Positions 17,192 through 27,544 of a stretch of DNA of 59,440 nucleotides are shown piece by piece. Location: assembly GCA_964499455.1 (NCBI GenBank), contig CAZCLC010000001.1:1-59440 (forward strand), written 5' to 3'. The notes below the pieces were generated by a model. It was not told the origin of the DNA. It worked only from the letters and a program-made list of their open reading frames with translations, and made no database searches. Position 1 is the stretch's first letter. Every line of letters begins with the position of its first letter. The position numbers and the translations under genes were made by a program. This DNA comes from an uncultured Candidatus Saccharibacteria bacterium. Lineage in GTDB: Bacteria > Patescibacteriota > Minisyncoccia > Phycocordibacterales > Phycocordibacteraceae.

Positions 17192-18910
17192 ATGAAGCGA
17201 TTTAAGTTTACAAAGAAAACCATACAAGATCACGAAATTACTCCAGATGAGATTTTTCTTGATGCTACAAATGTATCAGATTTTGATTATGGACGATTTC
17301 AAGGTCGTTTGGAAAAACCAATATCTTCTAAAATATTTAACGGTGTTTTGTTTTCATTTGGTATAATCTTTGCCATTATATTTGTACAAACATTTAAATT
17401 ACAAATTATTCAAGGAGCTACGTATGCCAAAGAAAGCGCACAAAATCATATTCGCTCAACTGTATTGTTTGCTCCAAGAGGAATAATTGTTGATGTAAAT
17501 GGAAATGTTCTTGTAGATAATATAGAAAATACTAAAGGTAAAGTTCGTCGCTCATATACAGTACCAGTATTAGGATCAGTAATAGGTTATGTTTCTTATC
17601 CCAAAAAAGATACGTCTGGAAACTATTACGACACTATTGAAAAAGGTATTACAGGAATTGAAGCGCAATATAATTCACAACTATCAGGCTCTAACGGAAC
17701 GATACTTACGGAAGTAAATGCACTTGGACATATATATTCACAAGGAGTTATTATGCCTGTGCATGAAGGTAAACCACTTCGGCTCTCTATTGATGTGCAA
17801 TATGAACAGGCACTTGCTAACGCTCTACAAGATGTTATCAAGCGAAATCAATTTGAAGGTGGCGGTGCAGTAATTATGAATGTACACACAGGTGCAATAC
17901 GCGCGATTGCCTCATATCCGACATATAATCCGAATGTACTTTCAAACGGTTCACCAGCTAAAACTATTGCAAAATATAATAATGACCCAAGACATTTTTA
18001 TCTTGACCGTGTCATTCAAGGTCTATATGCACCAGGGTCTATTGTAAAACCTTTTATTGCTTCTGGTGCACTCACAGACGGAATTATTACTCCGAATACA
18101 AAAATTGATGACAAAGGATTCATTGAAATACAAGACCCATACCATGTCGGAAAAGTATTTTTATATAAAGGATGGAAAGCACTTGGTATACTTACAGTAC
18201 GAAAAGCGATCGCATGGTCTTCAGATATATTCTTTTATACTGTTGGAGGTGGATTTGGCTCACAAAAAGGATTAGGAATTAAACGCCTTGATTACTGGTA
18301 TGGACAATTTGGACTTGGAGAAAAAACAGGTATTGATTTACCAAACGAATCAGTTGGATTAATTCCGACACCTGAATGGAAGAATAAGGTTCTTCATGAA
18401 CCATGGTATCTTGGTGATACATATTTTACAGCTATTGGACAATATGCTACACAAGTAACTCCAATACAAATGGTGCGTGCAACAGCGGCAGTTGCAAATG
18501 GTGGTATGTTATTGACTCCAACATTACTTGCTGGCATGACTCCATCATATAGACGAATACCTGTAACGCAGTCTTCACTTATGGTTGTGCGAGAAGGGAT
18601 GCGTGAAGGAGTTACGAGTGCTCTTGCGTGGGAAGTAGATTTACCTTATTTATCTGTTGCTGCAAAAACTGGTACAGCGCAAGTTGGTATACATAATCAA
18701 TATGATAATTCGTGGGTTGAAGGATTTTTTCCGTATATAAACCCTCAATATGCATTTGCAGTTGTTCTAGGACGAGGTCCTTCAGGAAAAGGAGAGAAAG
18801 CCACAGTGGTTATGAGTGAATTTTTTAATGATATTTATTCTAAAGGACTTATAGATTATGGTACAGCTTCTACAACTGCAATTACCGATACTGCTACAAC
18901 AATACGATGA
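17192..18910 (+). CDS. mrdA: Penicillin-binding protein 2 (elongation transpeptidase)
   Basis: TM anchor, PBP dimerisation region, SxxK (GSIVKPF) and KTGTAQ. Genomic context mreBCD. Confidence 0.88.
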   Translation: MKRFKFTKKTIQDHEITPDEIFLDATNVSDFDYGRFQGRLEKPISSKIFNGVLFSFGIIFAIIFVQTFKLQIIQGATYAKESAQNHIRSTVLFAPRGIIVDVNGNVLVDNIENTKGKVRRSYTVPVLGSVIGYVSYPKKDTSGNYYDTIEKGITGIEAQYNSQLSGSNGTILTEVNALGHIYSQGVIMPVHEGKPLRLSIDVQYEQALANALQDVIKRNQFEGGGAVIMNVHTGAIRAIASYPTYNPNVLSNGSPAKTIAKYNNDPRHFYLDRVIQGLYAPGSIVKPFIASGALTDGIITPNTKIDDKGFIEIQDPYHVGKVFLYKGWKALGILTVRKAIAWSSDIFFYTVGGGFGSQKGLGIKRLDYWYGQFGLGEKTGIDLPNESVGLIPTPEWKNKVLHEPWYLGDTYFTAIGQYATQVTPIQMVRATAAVANGGMLLTPTLLAGMTPSYRRIPVTQSSLMVVREGMREGVTSALAWEVDLPYLSVAAKTGTAQVGIHNQYDNSWVEGFFPYINPQYAFAVVLGRGPSGKGEKATVVMSEFFNDIYSKGLIDYGTASTTAITDTATTIR

Positions 18911-18984
18911 TATAGTTATTTTTTATCGTTATACTTGCACTGTTCTTAATATTTGCATACAATACATAAAAGACTGAAAACTAT

Positions 18985-19458
18985 ATGAATGAAGTATCTG
19001 AAACTATCCTATCGCAAAAGAAATTTGAAGAGATTCATAAAGAACTTGAGCACCTTAAAACAGTACAACGTACAGAAATTGCCAGAAATCTTGAGTATAC
19101 TCGTTCGTTGGGAGACCTTTCTGAAAATGCCGAGTATCAAGAAGCACGTAATTTACAAGCCGCAACTGAAGATCATATTAATCGTCTTGAGAATATATTA
19201 AAAAACTCAAAAATTATGCCTGATGAAAAGGAAAAAGACGTTATCGGTTTTGGTTCAATTGTTTCTATTTGTCGCGAAGGAGAATCAGAGATCCATAAAT
19301 ACACTATTGTTGGTTCTGAAGAAGCAGATATGCGAGAAAGAAAACTTTCACATATTTCACCACTTGGTAGTGCTTTAATGGGAAAAAAGAAAGGGGAAGT
19401 ATTCACGTTTGATACACCTGGAGGTACACAAACTTATAGTGTTAAGAAAGTTGAATAA
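18985..19458 (+). CDS. greA: Transcription elongation factor GreA
   Basis: 157 aa with ...R.LGDLSENAEYQEAR..Q...E..I..LE..L. and a C-terminal FKBP-like domain. Confidence 0.93.
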   Translation: MNEVSETILSQKKFEEIHKELEHLKTVQRTEIARNLEYTRSLGDLSENAEYQEARNLQAATEDHINRLENILKNSKIMPDEKEKDVIGFGSIVSICREGESEIHKYTIVGSEEADMRERKLSHISPLGSALMGKKKGEVFTFDTPGGTQTYSVKKVE

Positions 19459-19492
19459 AAAGGCATCCCAATATATTTATTATACTATCTTT

Positions 19493-20968
19493 ATGGCTTT
19501 CGCCGATATTAGAAACGAACGAATTAAGAAACTTACTAAATTAAGAGAAAGTGGTATTGACCCATATCCATCTCATAGTACGCGTACACATACTATACAA
19601 TTATTTCTAAACACTCATACGATACTTGAAAAAAATAATAATCAGATAACTCTTGCTGGACGTGTAATATCAATACGCACACATGGCGGATCCATTTTTT
19701 TTGATATATACGATGGCACAGCTCGTACACAGGGATATATTAAAAAAGATATTGCAGGCAAAGAAGCATTTTCACTTTTTATTGAGACAATTGATGCAGG
19801 AGATTTTATAGAAATTTCAGGTGTAGCATTTACTACAAAACGAGGTGCACGTTCTATTCTTGTAAACTCATGGCGTATGCTTACTAAATCACTTCGTCCA
19901 ATTCCAGACGCGTGGTTTGGTATTAAAGATGAAGAAGAGCGGTATCGTAAACGTTATCTCGATTTAATTCTCTCGGATAATATGCATGAACGTTTTAATC
20001 GCCGCTCACTTTTTTGGAATACAATACGTAACTATCTTTTGGAAAGAGATTTTATTGAAGTAGAAACTCCTGTTTTAGAAACTACTCCTGGTGGAGGAAA
20101 CGCTGAACCGTTTCGCACGCATCATAATTCGCTTGCGCTTGATGTATATCTGCGTATTTCAGCTGGAGAGCTATGGCAAAAACGTCTTTTAGTTGCAGGA
20201 TTTCCAAAAATCTTTGAAATTGGACGTATATTTCGTAATGAAGGAATGTCTTCAGAACATTTGCAAGATTATACTCAAGTTGAATTTTATGAAGCGTTTA
20301 AAGATTATGAAGAAGGAATGGATATGATTGTTGATTTATATCGTACTATAGCTAAAAAAGTATATGGAACAACAACATTTACAATTAAAGGGAATACCGT
20401 TGAGCTTGGTAAAAAATGGGAGTTGTATTCATATTCAAATCTAATCAACAAACAATTTGATATTGATCCACTTTCAACAACGATATCGCAAGTACATAAA
20501 ACTCTTACACAAAATAAAATTCTTTTTGAAAAAAAATCATGTTCTTTAGAAAAAGGAATTGATTTACTTTGGAAACATATGCGAAAGACAATTAATGGAC
20601 CCGGTTTTCTCATTGATGTACCAACGTATTTAGAGCCACTTGCAAAACATAATAAAAAAGATCCACGTATTGTAGATCGTTTTCAAGTATTAATTTCAGG
20701 TTCTGAAAATGGTAAAGGATTTAGTGAATTAAATGACCCGCTTGATCAAGCAAAGCGTTTTGCACACCAACAAGCGCTTCGTGATAATGGTGATTTTGAG
20801 GCACAAAGAAGTGACGATTCATTTATAGAGGCACTTGAATATGGTATGCCACCGGCATTTGGTTTTGGAGCTTCTGAGCGTTTGTTTAGTTTTTTTGAAG
20901 ATATATCAATACGAGAAGGGCAATTCTTTCCACTACTTAGACCTAAAACAAACAAAAAAAATATCTGA
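19493..20968 (+). CDS. lysS: Lysyl-tRNA synthetase (class II)
   Basis: Start moved to ATG 19493 (MAFADIRNERIKKL..LRE.GIDPYP). Also has EVETPVL, FRNEG and the class II motif 3 region. Confidence 0.93.
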   Translation: MAFADIRNERIKKLTKLRESGIDPYPSHSTRTHTIQLFLNTHTILEKNNNQITLAGRVISIRTHGGSIFFDIYDGTARTQGYIKKDIAGKEAFSLFIETIDAGDFIEISGVAFTTKRGARSILVNSWRMLTKSLRPIPDAWFGIKDEEERYRKRYLDLILSDNMHERFNRRSLFWNTIRNYLLERDFIEVETPVLETTPGGGNAEPFRTHHNSLALDVYLRISAGELWQKRLLVAGFPKIFEIGRIFRNEGMSSEHLQDYTQVEFYEAFKDYEEGMDMIVDLYRTIAKKVYGTTTFTIKGNTVELGKKWELYSYSNLINKQFDIDPLSTTISQVHKTLTQNKILFEKKSCSLEKGIDLLWKHMRKTINGPGFLIDVPTYLEPLAKHNKKDPRIVDRFQVLISGSENGKGFSELNDPLDQAKRFAHQQALRDNGDFEAQRSDDSFIEALEYGMPPAFGFGASERLFSFFEDISIREGQFFPLLRPKTNKKNI

Positions 20969-21009
20969 AAGACGAGAAATGCAAATATATGCAAATAAGA
21001 ATAGATTTA

Positions 21010-22977
21010 TTAAGGAACCGGATTGCAGTTGCTACTAATGCCGAGCTCTTCAATCTTATCCAAATAACTTAATACAGTATTGACATACGATGCGTGACTC
21101 CATGTAAGTGGTGCTACTGACATTTGTTTACCATCAACTGAAGATATTTGTTCAGAAAGAACACCTGATGGAAGAGCATGATCAACTACCCATTCAAAAA
21201 TACCTAATACTTTTTTTAAGTCCTCCTCATTTTTCGCTCGTGCAATTAGAAAATCTGCATACCATAATGTACATATAAACCACGGATTACCGTTCTGACC
21301 TACAGCATAATAGCGGTCATGTTCATAGCGTGATATACCTATACCTGTAGAAAGGCGATTGACTGTTGTTTCAAATGCTTTTATAAGTCGTGGGTCATCA
21401 ATTGGTAGTACATTAAATGAGAATATTCCATAAACACTTGAGATATCAAGTGTATCATTATATGTAATATTATTGTCATTTATTTCCATCATCCTATAAA
21501 AAATACCCGTCTTACTATCAAATAGATAATTTAAGATTCCATCCCGTATCTCTTCAGCGGTTTTTTGATAGAATACAGCACGTTCTTTTTTGCCGAGAAT
21601 ATTCGCTATATTTGCAGCAGCGTTAAGTGCACCAAAAACTGTTGATGCCGTAAAAGTAAATATGCCATGTTTTTCTTCCCATAGTCCATAAGACGGTAAT
21701 GGAAGTCCTGTTGTAGAATCACGATAAGACGCCATAAAATTTGCTGCTTTTTCTATCAACGGATTGTAAAGTTTTTCTATAAATTCAAGATCACGGCTAT
21801 GTTTATAATGTTCTCCAAGTGCCCAGATAACTAATGCAGTTTCGTCTTCTTGTATTGGGAGCTGTGGTATATTGTTTCGTATTTCCGGTTCCCATGAAGA
21901 TCCGATAGAATGATCTGGAAGATACTTATGCATAAAATATCCTCGTTTAGTAATAACTGTATTACAAAAATCAAAAAAACGTTCAGCTACATTTGAATCG
22001 CCAGCTCGATCAAGAGCGAGTGCCGCATATGATGCGTCACGTGGCCATACATAGGCATATGTATCTTGTTCGTATTGTAAAATACTTGCATCAGCAGATG
22101 CAATAATCCCTCCATCATCATCTACATGTGCTCGTACTAACATAAGTGATTTTTTAAATAACGTAACAGTTCTTGTAGACATCCCATAAAAATTCCATTC
22201 ATAACGATTTACCCAAGCTCTCCAATAATCACGAGCAGTTTTTAGTAGATGTATAGAAGTCTTTGATAATACATATTCGTTTAATTCATGAGCTTGCTCT
22301 ATAGATTTTCCAGCAGTTACCCAAAAACGAATTATTTTTTCTTCTTTCGCTTTATATGTATTATAGAAACCAATTACTGAATCAACAGACCCATGCTCAA
22401 TAGGGTTTTTAGAAAGTACACCGTCTTCCGCGTCGCGAAATGTACCTTCTTTATCTTCAAATCTTGAAAGTCCTACAGCATAATCTGAAAAAGTTTTTTC
22501 TTCACATGTTCCGTATATTAAAAACGCTCGTTGACCCTTGTAGTGAATAATCGCATTTGACTCAGGATCAAAATAAGCTGTATCGCCACCTGGTGATCTA
22601 CTTATTTCAAATTCGTGTCCAGCAAAAAATTTTATTTCACGATCGCGAGAAGATAGATTTGAAAGTATTACTTGACGCAGAAATATTGGGCGTTCGTTAT
22701 AGACAATATCTTTGAATATAAGCTGTATTTCAAGTTCAGTATTAATTGCGATAATATGACTTTCTAATGCGTCTTCACTACTTAGAACACTTATATCCCA
22801 CCGTGTATCTTCAGATAGCCATGACATAACTCCATCACAATACACACCAATCCTATGACTAAGTACACCTCCTTCATGATTTTCAAGTCCAACATGTGGA
22901 AAATAAAAATCTCGTACTTCACCAAAATGGTCTAAAGCTACTAATAGTGATCCATTACTAAGAATTAAAGATCGCAT
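21010..22977 (-). CDS. Glycoside hydrolase family 15 (glucoamylase/glucodextranase-like)
   Basis: 655 aa with an N-terminal beta-sandwich, then an (alpha/alpha)6 region containing YAYVWPRDASYAALAL, typical of GH15. Confidence 0.85.
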   Translation of the reverse strand: MRSLILSNGSLLVALDHFGEVRDFYFPHVGLENHEGGVLSHRIGVYCDGVMSWLSEDTRWDISVLSSEDALESHIIAINTELEIQLIFKDIVYNERPIFLRQVILSNLSSRDREIKFFAGHEFEISRSPGGDTAYFDPESNAIIHYKGQRAFLIYGTCEEKTFSDYAVGLSRFEDKEGTFRDAEDGVLSKNPIEHGSVDSVIGFYNTYKAKEEKIIRFWVTAGKSIEQAHELNEYVLSKTSIHLLKTARDYWRAWVNRYEWNFYGMSTRTVTLFKKSLMLVRAHVDDDGGIIASADASILQYEQDTYAYVWPRDASYAALALDRAGDSNVAERFFDFCNTVITKRGYFMHKYLPDHSIGSSWEPEIRNNIPQLPIQEDETALVIWALGEHYKHSRDLEFIEKLYNPLIEKAANFMASYRDSTTGLPLPSYGLWEEKHGIFTFTASTVFGALNAAANIANILGKKERAVFYQKTAEEIRDGILNYLFDSKTGIFYRMMEINDNNITYNDTLDISSVYGIFSFNVLPIDDPRLIKAFETTVNRLSTGIGISRYEHDRYYAVGQNGNPWFICTLWYADFLIARAKNEEDLKKVLGIFEWVVDHALPSGVLSEQISSVDGKQMSVAPLTWSHASYVNTVLSYLDKIEELGISSNCNPVP

Positions 22978-22983
22978 AAATAA

Positions 22984-24174
22984 TTATGTTAATCGCATAC
23001 GCACTTCAACATCCTTAAGCGCATGCATATAATATGTAAAAGCTTCGTAAGGTGTGTTATATGGTGAAAAATATGTATGCACATCACCGTCAGCAAACCA
23101 TTTTGTACACATATAGTAAAAATTATCAGATGTTTGAAGACAACGCCAGTCTTCAATAAGCTGTTGGTTACCGGTAGCAAGAATTGGTTCTTCCAAACGA
23201 TAAACTGAACGGATAGCAGAGCGTTGTAAATCATTACCAATCCATGCAGTTAAATCACGTTCCGTATCTGCCCATGTTAATACGTGAGGAATGTCTATCG
23301 TATCTTTAATATCATACGAAGCAATAACATCAGAAGGTGTTTTAAAGTTAATATCCGGATTTTTTAGAAGTTCACTTGGTAAATGTTCAAGAAATTCAAA
23401 AATGCCTGTTGATTCCCATTGATGTTCACCAAATGTTTCATAATCCATAAAAAGATTAATAGTGTCGCCTTCAATAGCTGATACCCACTGTCCAAATTTA
23501 TCAGTTGTAAGTGGCCATCCTGCCCATTCTCTTGACGAAAATCTAAATGCTATATCGTCCGATAAACGATAATTTTTAAGCAATAATCGTATATGTTTCG
23601 TATTTGGTGGACGGTATACATAATTTGAATTTCTCCATCCAAGTATAGGATCCCATCCTTCAGTAATAACACCATCATATCCATTTTCATCAGCCCATAC
23701 ACCTAGGTCATTTCGATATGAAAGTTCCGTATTTTTAAAAATATGAGGAGTTACACCAAAAAGATGCTTTACAAGTTTACGATGTTTTTCAACTTGCCGT
23801 TCAAACTCTCCACGAGAATAAAAAAACGCAAGTGAGTGGTAATATGTCTCACCAAGTACTTCAACACGTCCAGTCGCAATCATTTTCTTAAAAAGTTCAA
23901 GAACATCTGGAACTTCATTTTCTATTTGTTCTAATGCAATACCTGAGAATGAAATACTTAGTTTAAATTCTGGGTGTCGTTTAAGAAGAGTAAGTAATAG
24001 AACAGCTGTAGGATAATATGATTTGTATGCGACCTTGCGCATAACACGACCATTATTAAAATCATTTTCACTCTCGTCATTAAAATATTTATGTTCATGA
24101 CCGATATCAAAAAAACCGTATTGTTTAACACGATATGGTTGATGTACCTGAAGGTAAAGACAAATAGACTTCAT
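22984..24174 (-). CDS. Glycoside hydrolase family 57 (alpha-amylase / glucanotransferase-like)
   Basis: N-terminus LYLQVHQPYR, then ...GRVEVLGETYYHS... and ...DYETFGEHQW..., characteristic of GH57. Confidence 0.85.
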   Translation of the reverse strand: MKSICLYLQVHQPYRVKQYGFFDIGHEHKYFNDESENDFNNGRVMRKVAYKSYYPTAVLLLTLLKRHPEFKLSISFSGIALEQIENEVPDVLELFKKMIATGRVEVLGETYYHSLAFFYSRGEFERQVEKHRKLVKHLFGVTPHIFKNTELSYRNDLGVWADENGYDGVITEGWDPILGWRNSNYVYRPPNTKHIRLLLKNYRLSDDIAFRFSSREWAGWPLTTDKFGQWVSAIEGDTINLFMDYETFGEHQWESTGIFEFLEHLPSELLKNPDINFKTPSDVIASYDIKDTIDIPHVLTWADTERDLTAWIGNDLQRSAIRSVYRLEEPILATGNQQLIEDWRCLQTSDNFYYMCTKWFADGDVHTYFSPYNTPYEAFTYYMHALKDVEVRMRLT

Positions 24175-24176
24175 AG

Positions 24177-25568
24177 TTAATTAGAATATCTTATCGGGCT
24201 AACCAATTCATCAATAATATTACGTATTTCTTCAGCACTACGGTCCCATGATAAACGAGCAGCATCAAGTAATCCATTTTTAGATAGTTTTTCATGAAGA
24301 GATGGTGACTCAAGCACTGAAAGAATAAGTCTGGCCATTTGTTCTACATCCCAAAAATCTACCTGTAGCGCACTTGGTGCTGCTTCTGCAACACCAGATT
24401 GTTTTGAAACAATAACAGGTGTACCGACGCGCATAGCTTCAAGTGCAGCTAATCCGAATGGTTCTGAAACAGAAGGCATTACAAACACATCTGCTAATGC
24501 GTACACTTCATATTGATCATTGCCTCGTAAGAATCCAGGGAAGAACAGTTTATCGGCAATATCAAGTGAAGCAGCTTGTCGCATAATTTGATATTCCATA
24601 TCACCTGAACCTGCGAGAATAAAGATAACGTTAGGGTTACGATCTAAAACATGTTTTGCTGCGTACACAAAATAATCAGGACCTTTCTGAATAGTTATAC
24701 GGCTCATAAATAAAACCAGTTTATATCCTGCATTTTTAAGAGTGGTTAGGCGCATAGGAAGTGAATAATCTGATATAGGCGCAGTAGTTTCATCAATGCC
24801 ATTCCACACTACATGTGTCTTTTCATACGGTATATCATAATGTTCAATTAATTTTTGTTTAGTTCTGTGCGAGACAGTAATAATTTGATCTGCAGCATGA
24901 AGACCTTCACGTTCAATATCATAAATAGACTGATTAACATTACCACCAGAACGATCAAATTCTGTTGCATGTAAATGTGCGATAAATGGTTTGTTTGAAA
25001 TACGTTTTGCTTCTTTACCAGCACCAAAGGAAAGCCAGTCGTGTGCATAAACTATGTCATGTGGTTCTCGCTTTGCTATCAAAGCACCAAAACGTGCATA
25101 TCTACGTACCTCATTTATCAGGTCGGAACCGTACACAGCAGTACCGTCTTCATAACGCGCGTATGATTCAGTTGTCTCATAAGGTGTTATTGGAGAATCA
25201 AAAAAATGGAAAGAAATATCTAAATTATCTAATTCAGCGGAAACCATTTTTGCGTAAGGTACAGAAAGTGGAAAACGTTTAGGCATTACAAACGTAATAC
25301 CTAAATTTTTCTTTGATAATGCACGCGTAAGACCCATACATGCTACACCAAGACCACCACTATTGAATGGAGGAAACTCCCATCCAAACATAAGAACACG
25401 CTTTCGTGGTTCATGATGTTTATATATTTTTATTGGCTCTTTATTTGCGCTATTAGTTTTTGTAACTTTTTTGTAACTTTTTTTTGAAAATATAGCATTA
25501 AAAATAGCTCCAATGATAAAAAAAGAAAAAAGTAACGCAATAACATTTGCTAAAAGAATTATATTCAT
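24177..25568 (-). CDS. GT4-family glycosyltransferase with N-terminal TM anchor (glycogen-synthase-like)
   Basis: GT-B fold signature ...VMPSVSEPFGLAALEAMRVGTPVIVS... (E-x7-E). First gene of the GT4-GH57-GH15 operon. Confidence 0.8.
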   Translation of the reverse strand: MNIILLANVIALLFSFFIIGAIFNAIFSKKSYKKVTKTNSANKEPIKIYKHHEPRKRVLMFGWEFPPFNSGGLGVACMGLTRALSKKNLGITFVMPKRFPLSVPYAKMVSAELDNLDISFHFFDSPITPYETTESYARYEDGTAVYGSDLINEVRRYARFGALIAKREPHDIVYAHDWLSFGAGKEAKRISNKPFIAHLHATEFDRSGGNVNQSIYDIEREGLHAADQIITVSHRTKQKLIEHYDIPYEKTHVVWNGIDETTAPISDYSLPMRLTTLKNAGYKLVLFMSRITIQKGPDYFVYAAKHVLDRNPNVIFILAGSGDMEYQIMRQAASLDIADKLFFPGFLRGNDQYEVYALADVFVMPSVSEPFGLAALEAMRVGTPVIVSKQSGVAEAAPSALQVDFWDVEQMARLILSVLESPSLHEKLSKNGLLDAARLSWDRSAEEIRNIIDELVSPIRYSN

Positions 25569-25756
25569 AAAGCCACATTATTATAATATCACTTATCAAC
25601 TATTTATTTGTTCACGTAATGCACTTTTTTTAAAAAATAAATTTGTATTATCCTTTTACGATATAATATTTTATATGTGATTAATTTATATTCTTACAGT
25701 CTGTTTATAAATTTTTTATCATATTGTATAAAGTATACGTGATGTCTAATGAGTAA

Positions 25757-25824
25757 GTGTGGATAAACCATATGCAATGTGGGGCAAAGTGTCATATACT
25801 AATAAATCAGTGGGACAGAGTGGA
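25757..25824. promoter_or_regulatory. Helically phased GTGG/GTGT repeats: candidate MraZ operator upstream of mraZ
   Basis: GTGG-type boxes start at 25759, 25779, 25789, 25810 and 25820 (spacings 20, 10, 21, 10 nt). TATAAT lies at 25830-25835 and the mraZ ATG at 25857. Confidence 0.5.
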
Positions 25825-25856
25825 AAATATATAATTTACTCTTCCTACAAAAATAT

Positions 25857-26285
25857 ATGTTTATCGGCGAATATAGACACACATTTGATATAAAAAATCG
25901 AATTTCAATTCCGGCGAAGTTTAGAAAAGAACTCGGTAAATCAGTTATCATTACTCGCGGTCTTGACCACTGTCTTTTTATATACCCTAAAATCACATGG
26001 AAACGTGAAGCAAATGTCATAGCCAAAAACTCTGTAGGTGGTGCAGCAGGAAGAGGACTTGCACGCCTTATGCTTGCCGGAGCAATGGAAGTTGATGTTG
26101 ACTCATCTGGTCGCGTGCTTATCCCTGACTATCTATACACATTCGCTTCTCTTAGTGGAAAAGCGGTAATTGCCGGTGTAAATGATCGAGTAGAAATATG
26201 GGAAGAGCTTGCGTGGAATACTTATACTAAGACAATTGAACGTGATGCTGATAAATTTGCGGAGACACTCGGTACCACTGCGTAA
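25857..26285 (+). CDS. mraZ: Transcriptional regulator MraZ
   Basis: MFIGEYRHTFDIKNRISIPAKFR... plus a second SpoVT/AbrB-like repeat (DSSGRVLIPDYL). Confidence 0.95.
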   Translation: MFIGEYRHTFDIKNRISIPAKFRKELGKSVIITRGLDHCLFIYPKITWKREANVIAKNSVGGAAGRGLARLMLAGAMEVDVDSSGRVLIPDYLYTFASLSGKAVIAGVNDRVEIWEELAWNTYTKTIERDADKFAETLGTTA

Positions 26286-26295
26286 TTATTGTCGT

Positions 26296-27231
26296 ATGCA
26301 ATTATTTCATCACAGCGTACTTTCAGATGAGGTAATTAGTTCACTTTCTATACAACCAAATAATATTGTTGTAGACGCAACTATCGGCGGAGCGGGACAT
26401 TTTGCAACTATAGGGAATATCCTTGATAAAACAGGAACACTTATTGGAATTGATTTAGACGCGCGCGCGCTGGTGCGCGCGCGCGAACTACTTCCTACAC
26501 TTCGTGCGCAAATCATATTGATTAAAGATAACTTTCGTAATCTTTCAACAATACTTGACCAACATAATATTACTTTAATTGATAAATCATTGTTTGATTT
26601 GGGGTGGAGTGGATTTCAACTACATGAACATCGTGGTTTCTCTTTTCAAGAGACAGAACCACTTTATATGACATATGAAGAAGGTGCGCCATATACAACG
26701 GCACATATTATAAATAGTGCTTCTGAAGAAGAATTAAATGACATATTACATATGTATGGTGAAGAACGCTTTGCCAGATCTATTGCACGCTCAATAATTA
26801 AAAAACGTTCTTCCAAAAAAATACTCACCACGACAGATCTTGTTAATGTTGTATTGGAAGGCACACCACGTTGGTATCAACAGCGTAAAATACATCCTGC
26901 AACTAAAACATTTCAAGCATTTCGTATCGCAATTAATGATGAGATAGGTGCATTACGTGATGGTATTAATACTGCAATTAAACGAACACGCCTTGGAGGG
27001 ATAATCGCAGTTATTACATTTCACAGTATTGAAGATAGGGTAGTAAAAAATATATTTCGCGATGCAGCATACGCAGGTCGTGGAATGTTAGTTACGAGAA
27101 AACCAATTACACCGTCTGCTCAAGAATTAAACATAAATCATCGTGCACGTAGCGCAAAACTGCGTGTTTTTTCCGTTAATTCACGTAATGCCGTGTTTTC
27201 CACATCAACACCGCAAAATAATTATGCATAA
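26296..27231 (+). CDS. rsmH: 16S rRNA (cytosine1402-N4)-methyltransferase RsmH
   Basis: Start moved to ATG 26296 (MQLFHHSVLSDEV...). Has DATIGGAGH, the SAM-binding region and ...ITFHSIEDR.VK. Confidence 0.93.
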   Translation: MQLFHHSVLSDEVISSLSIQPNNIVVDATIGGAGHFATIGNILDKTGTLIGIDLDARALVRARELLPTLRAQIILIKDNFRNLSTILDQHNITLIDKSLFDLGWSGFQLHEHRGFSFQETEPLYMTYEEGAPYTTAHIINSASEEELNDILHMYGEERFARSIARSIIKKRSSKKILTTTDLVNVVLEGTPRWYQQRKIHPATKTFQAFRIAINDEIGALRDGINTAIKRTRLGGIIAVITFHSIEDRVVKNIFRDAAYAGRGMLVTRKPITPSAQELNINHRARSAKLRVFSVNSRNAVFSTSTPQNNYA

Positions 27232-27538
27232 AACATTTACACATACAGCAACAATATACAGTTTGTCTATATATTCAATCCTTCTTCGGACAGTTGTTGT
27301 ATTATTTATTATCTATATTGGATTATTAGCGTTTATTATGACGTATGGTGTATTAAGTATGCGTGCAGTACAGGTGGTGCAAGATACACGCGCACGTGTT
27401 GGCACGCTTGAAACTATATATTTGGGAAAAATTAGTAATATAAATGATATGCAGCCGCAAAAAAATGGTTTTCAGAAGCCATTGCACGTTGGATATGTAA
27501 TTAATACTCGACCTGCGGTTTCTATTCGCACACAATAA
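27224..27538 (+). CDS. ftsL: FtsL-like cell-division protein (assigned by position and topology)
   Basis: Start at ATG 27224 overlaps the rsmH end. Single TM segment followed by a short coiled region. Lies between rsmH and ftsI as in dcw clusters. Confidence 0.5.
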   Translation: MHKTFTHTATIYSLSIYSILLRTVVVLFIIYIGLLAFIMTYGVLSMRAVQVVQDTRARVGTLETIYLGKISNINDMQPQKNGFQKPLHVGYVINTRPAVSIRTQ

Positions 27539-27544
27539 GATGGT

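Noticed and set aside
26461-26484. Alternating (GC)5-TGGT-(GC)5 palindrome, striking in an AT-rich genome.
   Set aside because: It lies inside rsmH and simply encodes ARALVRAR with GC-rich Ala/Arg codons. There is no evidence for an independent element, although it could form a hairpin or Z-DNA.
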